Assembly: GCA_964016885.1 (NCBI GenBank) | Contig: OZ024741.1 | Coordinates: 138,446,001 to 138,510,000, forward strand | Reading direction: 5' to 3' | From: Eledone cirrhosa | Lineage: Eukaryota | Length of the DNA stretch: 64,000 bases | In this document: in pieces, positions 9,848 through 23,646 of the stretch | Layout: each line of letters starts with the position of its first letter | Numbering within the stretch: the first letter of the stretch is position 1 | Program-made: the position numbers and the translations under genes | The notes under the pieces: generated by a model | The model's input: only the letters and a program-made list of their open reading frames with translations | Database searches by the model: none | Told to the model about the DNA's origin: nothing

Positions 9848-12532
9848 CTACTGTCCATATATTTTGAAAAAGGTCCTGGCTCTAAGGTGTCTGCATGTCC
9901 CGAAGAAGTCGGTTCTGAGGTTTATCAGGCCGCTTCCACCTCTTAGTATCTCGAGGGTCTCGTTCAGGCATAGTTTGCATATGCAAGATCCCCCTTTATC
10001 GGGTGGTACTTTCCTGATTATGTACCAGGCCAGAGAGTATGGTGTCCTGTCCAGCTTAAGCTTCCAGATCAGGTCGGAGAGAGCTGTGCTTTTCCTTTTG
10101 GCCTCCTTCTTGAATGAATGGCGATGGTTGTACCAGCGGTCCTTAAACCTCGTTGATGTGGCTCCTATGTAGAGGTGTTCGGAGTTGGGGGTTTTAACCC
10201 GACAACCGTACACTAGGTTCTTCTTGAGACATTCATTACCAAGGGGGCATGATTCGGGGTTTCTGCAGTTGCAGAGGGTGGTCGGCCTCTGCGTGCCTAG
10301 ATTAGGGTTCTCATTATGTGTTACATGTTGGTCTTACCCCATGCTCGGTGGGGGGTCCTTGGGTCTGTTTGTGTTTCTTGGGTGGGCTCTGGGTCCCCCC
10401 TTCCCTCCTTTCACATGGTTCTGCTGAGTGTTTGTAATGCCATCTTCTGGTTGTGTGTGGTTTTTAAGCCTACTTCTGTTGATGCTAGCTATGTGTTGGT
10501 CCAAATTTCTCGTGGTGGAATACGAAAGCTTCACAGTGTGTCTGTTGAAGATCCTGTGGTATCTGTGGTCCCTCGGGAAGCATTTGTCAGGTGCTCCAAA
10601 GAATAATCGGGCCAAGCTTTTCTTTAGGGCCGCTGAGTAGGGTGGGTTGTACCACGTGATTTGTCGGTGTCTCCTCCTATATGTGTGGGTTGGGGGCTTC
10701 GTGATTTGTTGGAGATTTGTTGGGTTGCTGGTGGTTTCCGCACTGTTGCTTCCCTTTTGGGCTCTATACTTTTTGTTATCTTCGCGGCCCGGATTTGTGG
10801 GGTGGTTGTTGTCCGCCCCGGGAGATCCATCGTGGGGTGGTCGCGCGTTTCCCCCCCCCCCACGTGTCCTGCAATTGGGGTTGTCCGTCCTGGGGTAGTT
10901 AGCGTCACGCCTGAGACTGCTACTCATATTGTGCTCCATCTCGTGGTCAAGCGCACTAGTCCCCACCGCCCGTGTGGTGGTGTCTGGTACATGGTGCCTA
11001 TTTGATTCTGCTCTGCCTGTATTGTTAGGGTTCGCCCTCCCCCCTCTGGCAACGCAGTTGTGGGTGTCTGTTGGGCTATCCACCTCCCGGCTTTTCGGAC
11101 TATATGTTATATTTTGTCCATGTGCCGCCTTCTTTAGAGCTGCGTTGTAATATTCCGCGTGGTTGTTGAATATTTCCTTACTTGCGGACAGGCTGGAGAT
11201 CCTCTCCGAGACACTCTTCACCACTGCCTTGGTTATGGATCTAGGGTGGTTTGATTTGGCGTTAACATATACGAGTTTCTCGTTGGGCTTGTGGTAGGGG
11301 TAGTATTGCTCGGTGTTCAGGTTTAGGGTGGTGTCTAGGAAGTTAACTACATTCCTATTGGGGTATATTTCTATGCTGAGCCCCTGGTTCTTAAAGAAAT
11401 GGCGAATACACCTCCTCATACCCTCCAACATATTGGTGCTGTGGTCATATACTGTGAATAGAGCATCGTCACGATATAATCCGCCGCCCAGGCAGGGGAT
11501 TTCATCTTTTATCTGCTTCAGCAGGTAGAGCCCAACCAGGTCCGTTACCTGCGCTGAGTCGCTGGAGCCCATCGTGATGTCAAAGTTATTTGGCCAATCA
11601 CTCCTGGTCCAAAGGTCTCCATCGAAGCGGATTAAGGTCTTTCTTGCGGCGTGGATGTTGCTCACCTCCTCTCGGGTTAGGTCCGTATTGGACATCGCTA
11701 AAAATAGGGCCTTATTAAGTACTATGCGTGAGATTGAGGAGTAGTAGCTTGCGATGTCCAGTTGTATAAAGCTGGTCCTACTTTTCTCATGCAGTATTTT
11801 GAACCATTCTATTACTTCTCTCGTGCATGACCATTGCTGTAATTTGGTTTTCTTCCGAAGCTTGGGCAAAATCCTATCCAGTATTCTTTTACTGACGATC
11901 CCTAGGTCAGATCTGGAGGGGGCTATTAGTCTGACAGGGAGGTCGGACTCAAAGTATAACTTGTGGTCTTTAAGGGTAATCCGCGGCTCCCTTGGTTGGT
12001 ATGGGGCCGTCCTGTCCTCTATGCCGATTCTGGATATAATCCTGTAAGCTGTGGCATTGATCTCAGCCAGGGTAAATCCAGGTGTTTTTTTGTAGCACTT
12101 CCTCAGTTCCCTGAGGATTAGCTTATTGTACAGTTCAGTGTTCATGCTGTAGAGGTTGTTTGTTTTGTCAGCATGGACAAATATTCCAGTTGTCCCTTTA
12201 AGTACTGTAATCCGGTTTCTCAGGTGTCTGAGGTACTCCTGACTTCTGGTTGGGTTTCCGGAGAATTTGAGGTTGGATATGATGTTAATCATCTCGTTTT
12301 CAAACTCCTCCATTAGTCTGTTGTGGGGGGGGGGGGGATTCCTCCTTGATCGAAAAAGGTACTCCATGTATTCTGTGTTTGTAGTTTTCTGCGTTCCTCT
12401 TTCGAAGTGGAACGCCTTCCATCTCATCCTACGGACGAGGGAGTCCGTACTCTTGATGAGATCACTGGTGTATTCTCGTTTATCAGGTATGGGGATGTCC
12501 TTCAGTGACGCTAAGGTTGCCAGTTTATCCAT
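9848..12532 (-). pseudogene. PLE polyprotein: reverse transcriptase plus C-terminal GIY-YIG endonuclease, one in-frame TAA at 10334-10336
   Basis: ADKTNNLY, LDIASYYSSI, MGSSDS, GLYRDD, NFLD, KSNHP, WYNPPY; the frame continues past TAA into CNCRNPESCPLGNECL, VY..YIGAT..FKDR..H, CKLC..E; motifs resemble Hydra-clade PLEs. Confidence 0.92.
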
Positions 12533-13427
12533 AGTGACTTAGGTCCGCTACTGTTTGAAGCGCTCAACCCGTGTGGGAGCTAGATAGATTGAATATCTCA
12601 TCTTAACATCTTGTATCATACCAATCTATCCAACATATTCCACCTTGAGATTGGTTATAGCACACACACACACACTTTATCCTACATTATTTCTCACTTC
12701 TCCATATACATTATCATTACTTTTTCACCAATCTCTCATTTACTCTTTATTCTTTATTCTCTATTTATTTATTTATTTTCAAATTACACAAATTATATTA
12801 ATTATTTTATTTTATTATATTATTTATTTATTTTTTATTTTCTGTTTTCTTCATTTATTGCCTTATATTTCTTCATAAACATGAAATAAACCCCCCCCCC
12901 CCGCCACCACCACTACGATGGTGGCGGGAGGGATGAAGAAAAAACACAAACTGGATACTTCTAAATTGTTAGCAGCAGCAAGATATAAGCTGACCACTAC
13001 AACAACAACAGTACCAAAATAATGGTGGAGGTCAAATGTATTGAACAATAGCAGGCAAAAACACTACAGGGAGCCTCACCCCAGAAAGAATTCTATAGAC
13101 TTCTGACTGAGAAATGCTCTCAGAACTGAACAATGGGAAGTTTGACACTTTTTTGTTATTTTGTTCCTTTAACACTTTGTCCCTTCTACCATTTTATCAA
13201 TTTTTAAGCTAACTCCAACAATAACAACACTCAGAATGAGGAATGTTCTAATAACTGACCAATGAGAGGAGAAGGGGACCTGTGACACGAAAATTCGTTT
13301 GTTTGAATTCATATGACTCCAGTTCTCCAGTGAATTAACAACCCAACAAGGAACTGGGCATATCAGAGTATTGACAATATCATACACCTAAACAACATAT
13401 GTACTTGTCTATACCATACTAATTCAA

Positions 13428-13482
13428 ACTGCCTGAAGAGGTCACAGCCAAAGATGGCTGTTACTGAAATATATATAGCAGT
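13428..13482 (+). ncRNA. Hammerhead ribozyme motif in PLE pseudo-LTR
   Basis: actgc-CTGAAGA-ggtcacagcca aaga tggctgttact-GAAA-tatata-TA-gcagt. Confidence 0.85.
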
Positions 13483-13526
13483 AATAAACGAAGCTAAATT
13501 TTAATCATTTGACTTTTATTTAACTT

Positions 13527-13569
<43 letters not shown>

Positions 13570-14181
13570 AAGGGTTGATATCCAGTGATTTCGATCACGC
13601 TATTTATAATTTGCACACATCTAAGCTGATAAAGTAATGTTTAAAATTTCGTGGAGAATCCGCTGGTCATCGATTAATAGTAAATCCACAACCATCAAGT
13701 TCCGCAGGAAGGAAGTCTCATCGTCTGGCAGTACAATGAAGGATTTCAAAATATCGACCTTACTACTAAATTTTCCATCAGTGCCGGTATCCCACGTGTA
13801 GCATTAAACTGCCGCTTGGTCATCATATGTATTTACACACACACACAGCAACCCCCCCCCCATATATATATATATACATATCCATACATTCATATATATA
13901 TATATATATATGGCGAGAGAGAGATGTATCCATCAGACAATTGCTATTTTACGTTAAGCATTGATTACATTTAGTATGCCTTATAGCCCACTTTTGATAA
14001 AATATATATCATTAAACTTTCTGAAACATTTGCGGCTAAAGAAAAAAGGAGGAAACACATTTTAACTATAAAGTAAACCTCTAAAGAAAATTCGGGTCTT
14101 TTTGACATTTCTGTTGCATTATTGGAGATATACATTATCTACAGTCAAATTTCTAATGAACGACACCACCTATAATTCCAA

Positions 14182-14360
14182 ATTGGCAGTATCGGTAGAG
14201 AGTCGGACGCCATGCCTTCCAGCATAGTTACGTCCCTTTACGGTCTGAGTTCAAATCCCGCCGAGGTTAACTTTGCCTTTCATCCTTACGGGGTCGATAA
14301 AATAAAGTACCAGTAATGCAATGGGTAATTGCTGGCCTTGTGCCTAAAGTAGAAACAATT
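14182..14360 (+). mobile_element. tRNA-derived SINE (Meta-core-like)
   Basis: Near identical to 9191-9375; tggcagtatcgg A-box and gagttcaaatccc B-box. Confidence 0.9.
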
Positions 14361-15125
14361 AATTAACATACGCATGAAATCAGTATAATGTAAACAAGTT
14401 TATAATTAATAAGCTCCGTAAATATGTTTTATATAAACAAAATATGGGGCTTTCAAAGGCGATTTGCTATCAAACTGGTGTAATAAGACAAAAATTAATG
14501 AATAAATACGAGACATCAAAATTATACAATATCTATATTCCTACACAAAAATATATTGGATTCTACCCATATAATCAAAACGCAGTTTACGAGTAGAATA
14601 TTGTCATAAACAATGAAAATATTTTCCGTGGCAAAATATTTACTGAGAAATGTAAGGATTGTATGTTAATTTAACAGTTTTGTGTAAATAGTGATAGTAA
14701 ATTAGTAAATATGATTCATTTCAGTCTTACATCTGTACATATAATAGAACCTCTTTAAAGAATGAAAAGTGAGGAGAGACGGGCTCAGATGTGACCAGGG
14801 ATATGTGTTTCAATTCTGTTTCCATTGTTTATAGACTCTGCTAATTGCTACGCCTGGCAGATGAAGGTGAGATACGATGTGAGAATGCATAGACACGTAA
14901 ACAATCCTGCCTGAGGCTTTAACAATTCCGCCAATCTACAAACATCGCTGAGTAAATACTTCATTTATCGACCACGAGAGGCAGAAATGCAAAGCTGACA
15001 TATCCGATTTGATCAGAGAGCGAGGACATCCGAAATAAATATTAAGAGATATAATCTGCCGCTGGTAAAGACTCAGCCAATTCAATGAAGTTTTTTTAAA
15101 AGGCTTGAAATATGACCCCGAAACA

Positions 15126-15278
15126 ATGAAAGATAACAATATCGTCAGTGAAATTGAACACAGAACCATGTTAACTAGATCAAACAGCATGACAGTTAAT
15201 TCGATGCCACGTAAATATTCTACCAATTCACCGCCTGTGGTGTAAACAGATGGGCAAAACACAGGTACGTGATATATA
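15126..15278. repeat. Dispersed repeat, inverted copy of ~7155-7308
   Basis: ~150-bp near-identical reverse-complement match. Confidence 0.75.
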
Positions 15279-15744
15279 TCCACATCAACGAAAATGATAT
15301 ATGATAGCTGATACATAAGAATACAAGAAGGACAAGATGGACGATCTGTTAACATTTTTGGTACATTTTTTTTTTCATCTAGATAAATGTGTCAGATGGA
15401 ATAATGAAATGGCTGTGTCAGTAAACCTTACCTACTTCGTTGTATATGCAAGTCATGCGATTGACGCACTATATACGACATAAATCTATCCGGATGATAT
15501 ATATTGACGTGGCGCGTACACAAACGCACATACATACACACTCACATATATATATATATATATTTGTAGACAATACGAAAAAGAAAAAAAATATATATAT
15601 ATATATGCAATGTTGAATATGATTTATAGTCTTACAAGTCGCAGTGAAGCATCACACACACATACACACACACGAAAACAAGCCCACACGCAGGGTCAGC
15701 CACACACAGAGACACACAGACGCACACACAGACACACACGCATA

Positions 15745-15809
<65 letters not shown>

Positions 15810-15934
15810 ATTTATATATATATGTATATACGTTTATATATATATGTATATACGTATATATATATATGTTTATATGTGTGTGTGTATCTAGACATATGTA
15901 TATATATGTATATATCGATATACATATATGTATA

Positions 15935-16680
15935 TCATCATCATCATCATCATTTTACGTCCGCTCTTCCATGCTAGCACGAGTTAGACGGGTTGTCCTG
16001 TTGTGGGCAGTGTCCAGTCGGCTGACCATGTATTGCTCATACAGGAGCTGATTCTGGGTTGATTTCTACAGCTGTATGCCCTTTCAAACACCAACCTCAT
16101 TTACAGTGAGAGGTGCGTGCTTTTTTTCAGTGGCGCCTACACGTCCACTTTACAGTGTGGGCTGGGTGCTTTTTTGCCGTGGCTCCTCCACGACTACTTT
16201 GCAGTGGGGGCATATTGTCTATATGCTTCAACTTCGGCTTGTTCTTGTGGGAAGTCGGGTCTTCTATATTTCTTCGTGACGCCAGAGGTCACGGTCGTGT
16301 GTCCTTGCACTTGAGAGTTGCAATTGGATAAGGTCGGCTTTTATCACCCAATCCCAGGTCTTCTTGGGTCTTCCCACTCCGCAGCTTCCATCGATTTCTA
16401 GTGCTCTGCACCTTTTTGTGCTGCTGTCATCCTTCATACGCATCACGTGTCCATACCAACGTAACCTCCTCTCTTGCACATAACATTTGATTCCTCTTAT
16501 GCTCAGTCTCTCTCTCAATTCGTTTATGCTTTGCGGGTTCGCGTATATTACTATTACACATCCATCGGCGCATTCAAGCTTCGATTCTTTCTAATCTGCG
16601 CAAGTTTTCTACAGACAGCGCCCAGGTTCCACTACCACGTAACATTGCTGTTCGTATACACGCATCATACAGTCTGTCTT
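15935..16680 (-). mobile_element. 5'-truncated RTE LINE (3' end)
   Basis: RRLRWYGHVMR...GRPKKTW; 3' UTR and (GAT)n tail homologous to 27421-28170. Confidence 0.9.
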
Positions 16681-16707
16681 TCCTTTTGCGGATATATATA
16701 TATATAA

Positions 16708-17046
16708 AGGCACATGCCTTAGTGGTTAGAGCATTTGTTTGCAATCGGAAGGTTGTGAGTTCGATTCTCGGACTGGATGATGCGTTTTGTCCTTGAGCAA
16801 GACCATTTTTCAGGTTGCTCCAGTTTACTCAGCTGTAGAAATGAGTTGCGACGTCACTGGTGTCAAGCTTTATCGGTCATTGCCTTTCCTTTGGACATCA
16901 TTGATGGTATGGAGAAGGCATGTTGTTATGCATGGGCGACTGATGATCTTCCACAAAGAACTTCGCCCAGACTTGTGCCTCGGAGGGAAACTTTATACGT
17001 GAAAATCTCATGGTCATTCGTGGGTTATAAGGGGTATTTAACCTTA
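16708..17046 (+). mobile_element. Second tRNA-derived SINE family
   Basis: gccttagtggttagagc A-box, gtgagttcgattctc B-box, gtccttgagcaagac; related copy on - strand at ~20860-21016. Confidence 0.75.
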
Positions 17047-17056
17047 AATATATATA

Positions 17057-17615
17057 TGGCGCGAAAGTTTGTCTACGTATCCACGACAGTCATAACCAAT
17101 CAAATTACATTTATAAAAAAAAACAACATTTTTTAGCCACTTTTTTAAGTGAAAATTACAATAAAGAACCCTCAAACGTGAACTGGCGCGAAAGTTGATT
17201 TGCTTATTCACGTGACTGCATCAAGCAACCAAATTTCACTTATATATGAAAAAAACAATTTGAGCCCCCCTCCCCCCTTTTTTAAAGGCAAATAAAATAA
17301 GAACTTTGTAACGCGAACTGGCGCGAAATGTATTATACTTATTCACGTGACAGTCATCAACCAACCAAACAACTTTTCTAAAAAAAACTAACATTTCGAG
17401 CCACTTTTTTCCATATAAAACAGAAGTAACATCCGAAAACCAACCAGATGCGAGAGAAACCCACAAACCCTCCATCTCAATTCTACTTTTGAAAAGCATA
17501 AGAACTGTGAAACCGGTAAAGGAAACAAATAAATATTCTTTAAAAAGACTCCAGTTGCATTTTTGGTTTTCCTTATACTTTCACTCCTGTAGGACATCTC
17601 GTTTTTTTTATTTTA
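17057..17615. repeat. Repeat with ~125-bp internal subrepeats; same family as the foldback at 62073-62390
   Basis: ggcgcgaaa..t...acgtgac..catcaa.caaccaaa three times; aaccctccatctcaattctactt shared with 62231. Confidence 0.6.
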
Positions 17616-18212
17616 TATATATATATATATAGCGAAGGATTTGTGGTAAGGAACCAGATGGACCATATAAGCCGTCGAAACGGCTTGAGTTCTGCCGTCG
17701 GAGTCATACTTGTTCCTATATATATATATATATGCATATGTGTGTGTGTGTGTCTGTGTGCGTGTGTGTCTGTGTGTGTATATTTAGGAATACATATGTA
17801 TTTATACAAGTTAAAAGTTACATTCGTATTTACCGCATATACTCACATGTAGACATACATGCATACATACACACATAGAAGCACCCATATATACATACCT
17901 ATATAGCATTAATATTTATGTTGCAAGTTTATTATCAGGTTAATCTGTGAGACAACATTTTATGAATAAATATACTGCTATGTATTTTTATCTGTCTATT
18001 CTTCTGTCTGTCTATCTCTCTATCTATCTTTCTTCAAACACTCGCGTACCGAGAAACACAAACATACACACAATCACAGACAGCCCCCAAACATTTTTCC
18101 GTTGTATATGTGCGTGTGAGTGTGTGTGTTTGAAATAAATACTAAACAATTATATGCATTGAACTTTCTCATATATGAATATATATATATATATATGCAT
18201 ACACACACACAT

Positions 18213-18291
<79 letters not shown>

Positions 18292-20272
18292 AACCTATTT
18301 ATATGTATGTTCATGTATGTTTGCGAGTGTCTCCTTTGGATGAATATGATTTTGCATTGTAACATTCCATTTCCGTTTGACAGCTATGAAACAATTCGAT
18401 AACTCAATCATTCACTATATTATATCTTGACATCTTGAATTTGAAAGACGTAAATCACTACAACACTTCCTTCAAACGTGTCATAATTCATAGCCGCCGC
18501 CACCGATTAGTCTCTACACAATAACCTTTCACTACTTCACCCGATACTGATGTACTTGTATATTATGTTATATGCACTTCACAAACTCATAAACACAATC
18601 GTGTATCTGAATATGCCGTGTCAAAATGTGCCATATCATAGGTTCTTAACTGCCGATGGAATGATAATGTTGCTTCTATCCTATACAGCATGGTGTTTGG
18701 GTTTCAAAATCGTGGAACCTATCGTTCTGCAAGTTTGAACGAAGTGTTGATTTATTTTACTGAGGAATGAGAGCGTGCAACTGAAACTGAGCGACATATA
18801 TTCAGGCAGAATTGTTCCCAATGGTAAACTGGTGAGAGCAAAGTTGCTGGTGAGAGCCAAGTTGCTGGTGAGGATCAAGTTGCTGGTAGATGCAATGAAA
18901 CCAGGCAGGCTTAGGTTATGGACCTCCTGGCGTAATTTTAACCATGGAGTAGGCACCAGTGCTGCATTATAGAAGACCGCAAATCTCGACAAACTGGTGT
19001 AATGATTCCTAGCGCCGGATGACAATGTAATATACAACAGCAGAGGTTAGTTAGAGGAACTTACTAACACTAATCATCCTTACCCTGGTGAGACAATCGT
19101 CTGACGATAATTACAGATGTACAAATTCTAGATTCATGCTACATCACTTTTTAAATGTGTAAAGGATTAAAGTGTCTCCCGATAAACGTCTGACTTGAAG
19201 TAAAATTATGTAGCTATTTGCCAAAATATTGTCTGCATTCTTCAATGCAAAGACCCATTTCTAAACGATGAACGTGTCCCGATGCACGAGAGGGCTTTTT
19301 GTGAAAATATAAGAAAAGACTCAACATAGAAAAAAATTCATTCGGAACATCATTAACGAAACCACAACGAAGAAAAAGCCCAGGCAAGGAAAATAAGACA
19401 CTCCTAAGGAGAGTTTTGCCAGATAGAAAGATCACTTATTGGAGGTTTTGTCAAGAATCTGATGCCACTAATGCACCAATCCAAGCTGTTATTCAATTTC
19501 TATCAAACAGGACAGTTAATTTCTGAAGTAAATAATTTGCTGACTGCAAAAAGAAAAGAAAATGTAGCAAACAATAAAACTGCTGAATTAGACAACATTG
19601 TAATTGATGTGTCGATAATAAGTGACCTCACAGCATCATTGTTGGGTGTTGCTAAAGACACTAAAGAGCGACATTGCAAGCATATAGGAGGAGCAAGCGA
19701 TATTATTTCTATTCCCCAGAAATAGTTAACTAGGCATGAAATGAACTTATAGGATTTTACGTTTATCTGGAACCTCCACTGCAATTTACAAGATCCAATA
19801 GCAAAAATGATACCTGACAACTAAACTATACAAAGAAATACGGATGCCGACCAAATCTCTCAAACAGCACATTATATAATAATTTCGCTTGTTGTCACAT
19901 GAAATTCCATATGTATTTGACATAGAATAATTACTATAATTTGCTGTTTTGTCTCGTCTCTAATTCTATAGGGCAGTGATTTGACAGGTATCAGACGCTG
20001 GGACCCCGAGTGTACCAGCAGTACCGTTGGTAGGGTTCGAAACTGCCAAAGTCAATCTGAACGGCCGACGACGCGGGAGGCCTGTGTCTTTCGCTTGTAT
20101 TATTATTTTTTTAAACATTCGTTTATGGTTTGCTCTTTAAAAAATTGTTTTTCGTTTTACTTTGTTTTCATTCGATGTCTTGCCCACTTTTTGTTCATTT
20201 TCCTGAATTTAACATTACTAACATGTGGCGAACGTGTTTTCTCTTTTCCCTCCATTAATTTTAATGTATTAC

Positions 20273-20462
20273 TGGGTGGTGAATTGGCAGTATCGGTAGA
20301 GGGTTCGACGCCATGCGTTCTAGCATAGTTACGTCTCTTTACAGTCTGAGTTCAAATCCCGCCGAGGTTAACTTCGCCTTTCATCCTTACGGGGGTCAAT
20401 AAAATAAAGTACCAGGGATTTACTGAGTATTTGCTGGCCTTGTGCCTAAAGTAGAAACAATT
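20273..20462 (+). mobile_element. tRNA-derived SINE (Meta-core-like)
   Basis: Same family; flanked by attaattt(t/g)aatgtattac direct repeats. Confidence 0.88.
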
Positions 20463-21015
20463 AATTTGAATGTATTACATTTTTAACACGAAATCCTTGC
20501 CGCCGCGGCCACCACCGCATTCTTCTTCTTCTTCTTCTTCTTTCCTTTGTCTCATCAGTTGAAAATTGCAAACTTGACTGTCACCACACGTTATGAACCT
20601 GAAGATTGCGAAAGCATGAAAGTACTTGAACAATTAACACTTAACATTTAATATTCTACCATACTATTTCATTCTAATACCATTATAAATTTTCAGGATT
20701 GTAAAGAAAACGAGTAAATCAGACAACTTTGGAATTCCTTTTACTAATATAATCTTCTATACACAATCATACACACCCGTGTATATTTTTCTATATATAG
20801 GAACGATCGACTTTTTTGTCAAATCGGACCGAGGGAACAATGTTTCCGTTGGTCTTTCCAATTGCTAATACTATCTATCGGTCGCAACTCCAGGTAGAAG
20901 GAGCAACGTGAAATAAAGTGTCTTGCTCACGGACATAACGCATCGCCTGGTTCAGGAATCGAACTCACAACCTCACGATTGTGAATCCAATACTCTAACC
21001 ACTCAGCCACACGCC

Positions 21016-21066
<51 letters not shown>

Positions 21067-21094
21067 TTATATATATATAAATGTAAGAGAATGA

Positions 21095-21964
<870 letters not shown>

Positions 21965-22087
21965 GCATATTTATATATGAGCATATATAGATGCATATAT
22001 ATATGCATATATATGTACGTATAAATATATATATATATATGCATGTATATATACATATGTATATGAATACATATACATATATATATA

Positions 22088-22147
<60 letters not shown>

Positions 22148-22781
22148 TACACATATATATGTAGAGAGAGATAGAGAGAGAAAGAGATAGATATAGAGAG
22201 ATTGATAGCGAGAGAGAGTGGGAGAGAGATAGAGAAAGAGTGAGAGAGAGAGAATAACAATAATAATAATAATAATAATAATAATACCGTTGTTGATTTA
22301 TACACACCGAAGCACTTGGGCGAATTATCACCATGATGGGAATGATATTACCAAATATAAATAGAGAAACGCAGATGTACATGAAAGACCGCCATAGACT
22401 CATTTTCATAAATCAAGCCAGATTCGTGGGTGCCAAAGCAAGTGGAATGAAAGAAAGATACATCGATATATTTTAGTATTTCACGCACGAAGCATCACAA
22501 GAATATTTTTATTTTTTTCCTCTATTTTATGTTGCGATGACATAAAATATTACGCAAGTGAATTGTTTAAACACGTTCGCACATTAAGAAGAACAAAACA
22601 GAAAAAAGATTTTTTTTCACTTCAATAACCATTCCATCATTCTTAGAAGCTATTCAATATGGTTTCGATTAGAATAAATGCATAAATGCCCCAAACGGCA
22701 TATGAAATAAATTTAATACAAAACACTGAATACACATGCAGTCACACACTCACACTTATACACATCATCTCATTCTCCTCC

Positions 22782-22844
<63 letters not shown>

Positions 22845-22865
22845 CCTCTCTCTCTCTCCCTCCCT

Positions 22866-22916
<51 letters not shown>

Positions 22917-23090
22917 TCTCCATATATATATATATATATATATATGTGTGCATGTGTGTATGTACAATTGTTTATATACATATATTGGTGTGCGTGTGTG
23001 TTTATACAATCGTTTATATATATATATATGCGGGTGCGTGAGTTTATATACAATAGTTCGTATATATATTCGTACGCGTATATACGAATG

Positions 23091-23170
<80 letters not shown>

Positions 23171-23560
23171 TTTTTGTTTTCTGTGTATGCGAGTGTCTGT
23201 TTGTGTGCAGAAATGTTTAAATGTGACAAGCTTATATATGAAGCACACAACTTACGAATATCCTTAGTAAAGTATACATAAAAGGACGTAAATGATTCTA
23301 TGGCTACATGGAATGTTATAAAAATTTATCTGGTAAAATGTTTGTGCATGGAAAGAATCAGTAAAAAGGCAGACGTATGCATAAATATGCAGGCATGTAT
23401 GTGCTGAATTTATTATATATACGTAAACTATGCAAATTCATATATACACGCACAGTCACTCATACATACACACGCTACTGTACAGTGACATAACTGCAAA
23501 CGAGCACCCACGACTGTCTCTCACTTTCAACCTCACAAATATATATATATATATATATAA

Positions 23561-23642
<82 letters not shown>

Positions 23643-23646
<4 letters not shown>

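Larger units (their letters stand above)
8890..13533 (-). mobile_element. Near full-length Penelope-like retroelement with inverted 5' pseudo-LTR
   Basis: RT plus GIY-YIG ORF; 8890-8973 and 8975-9490 are inverted copies of 13450-13533 and 12590-12900. Confidence 0.93.

Noticed and set aside
10334-10336. Selenocysteine recoding of the PLE internal stop
   Set aside because: The codon is TAA, not TGA
14182-14262. tRNA-like A/B boxes
   Set aside because: SINE heads followed by the shared core and tail; no complete cloverleaf
18560-19860. Less AT-rich stretch with short ORFs and an 18-bp triple repeat
   Set aside because: No recognisable protein motif; perhaps an old transposon remnant, but unsupported
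20595-20631. CTGAAGA-ttgc gaaa gcat-GAAA-gtac-TT hammerhead-like motif
   Set aside because: Helix I does not pair; probably a decayed copy, so not listed as a feature
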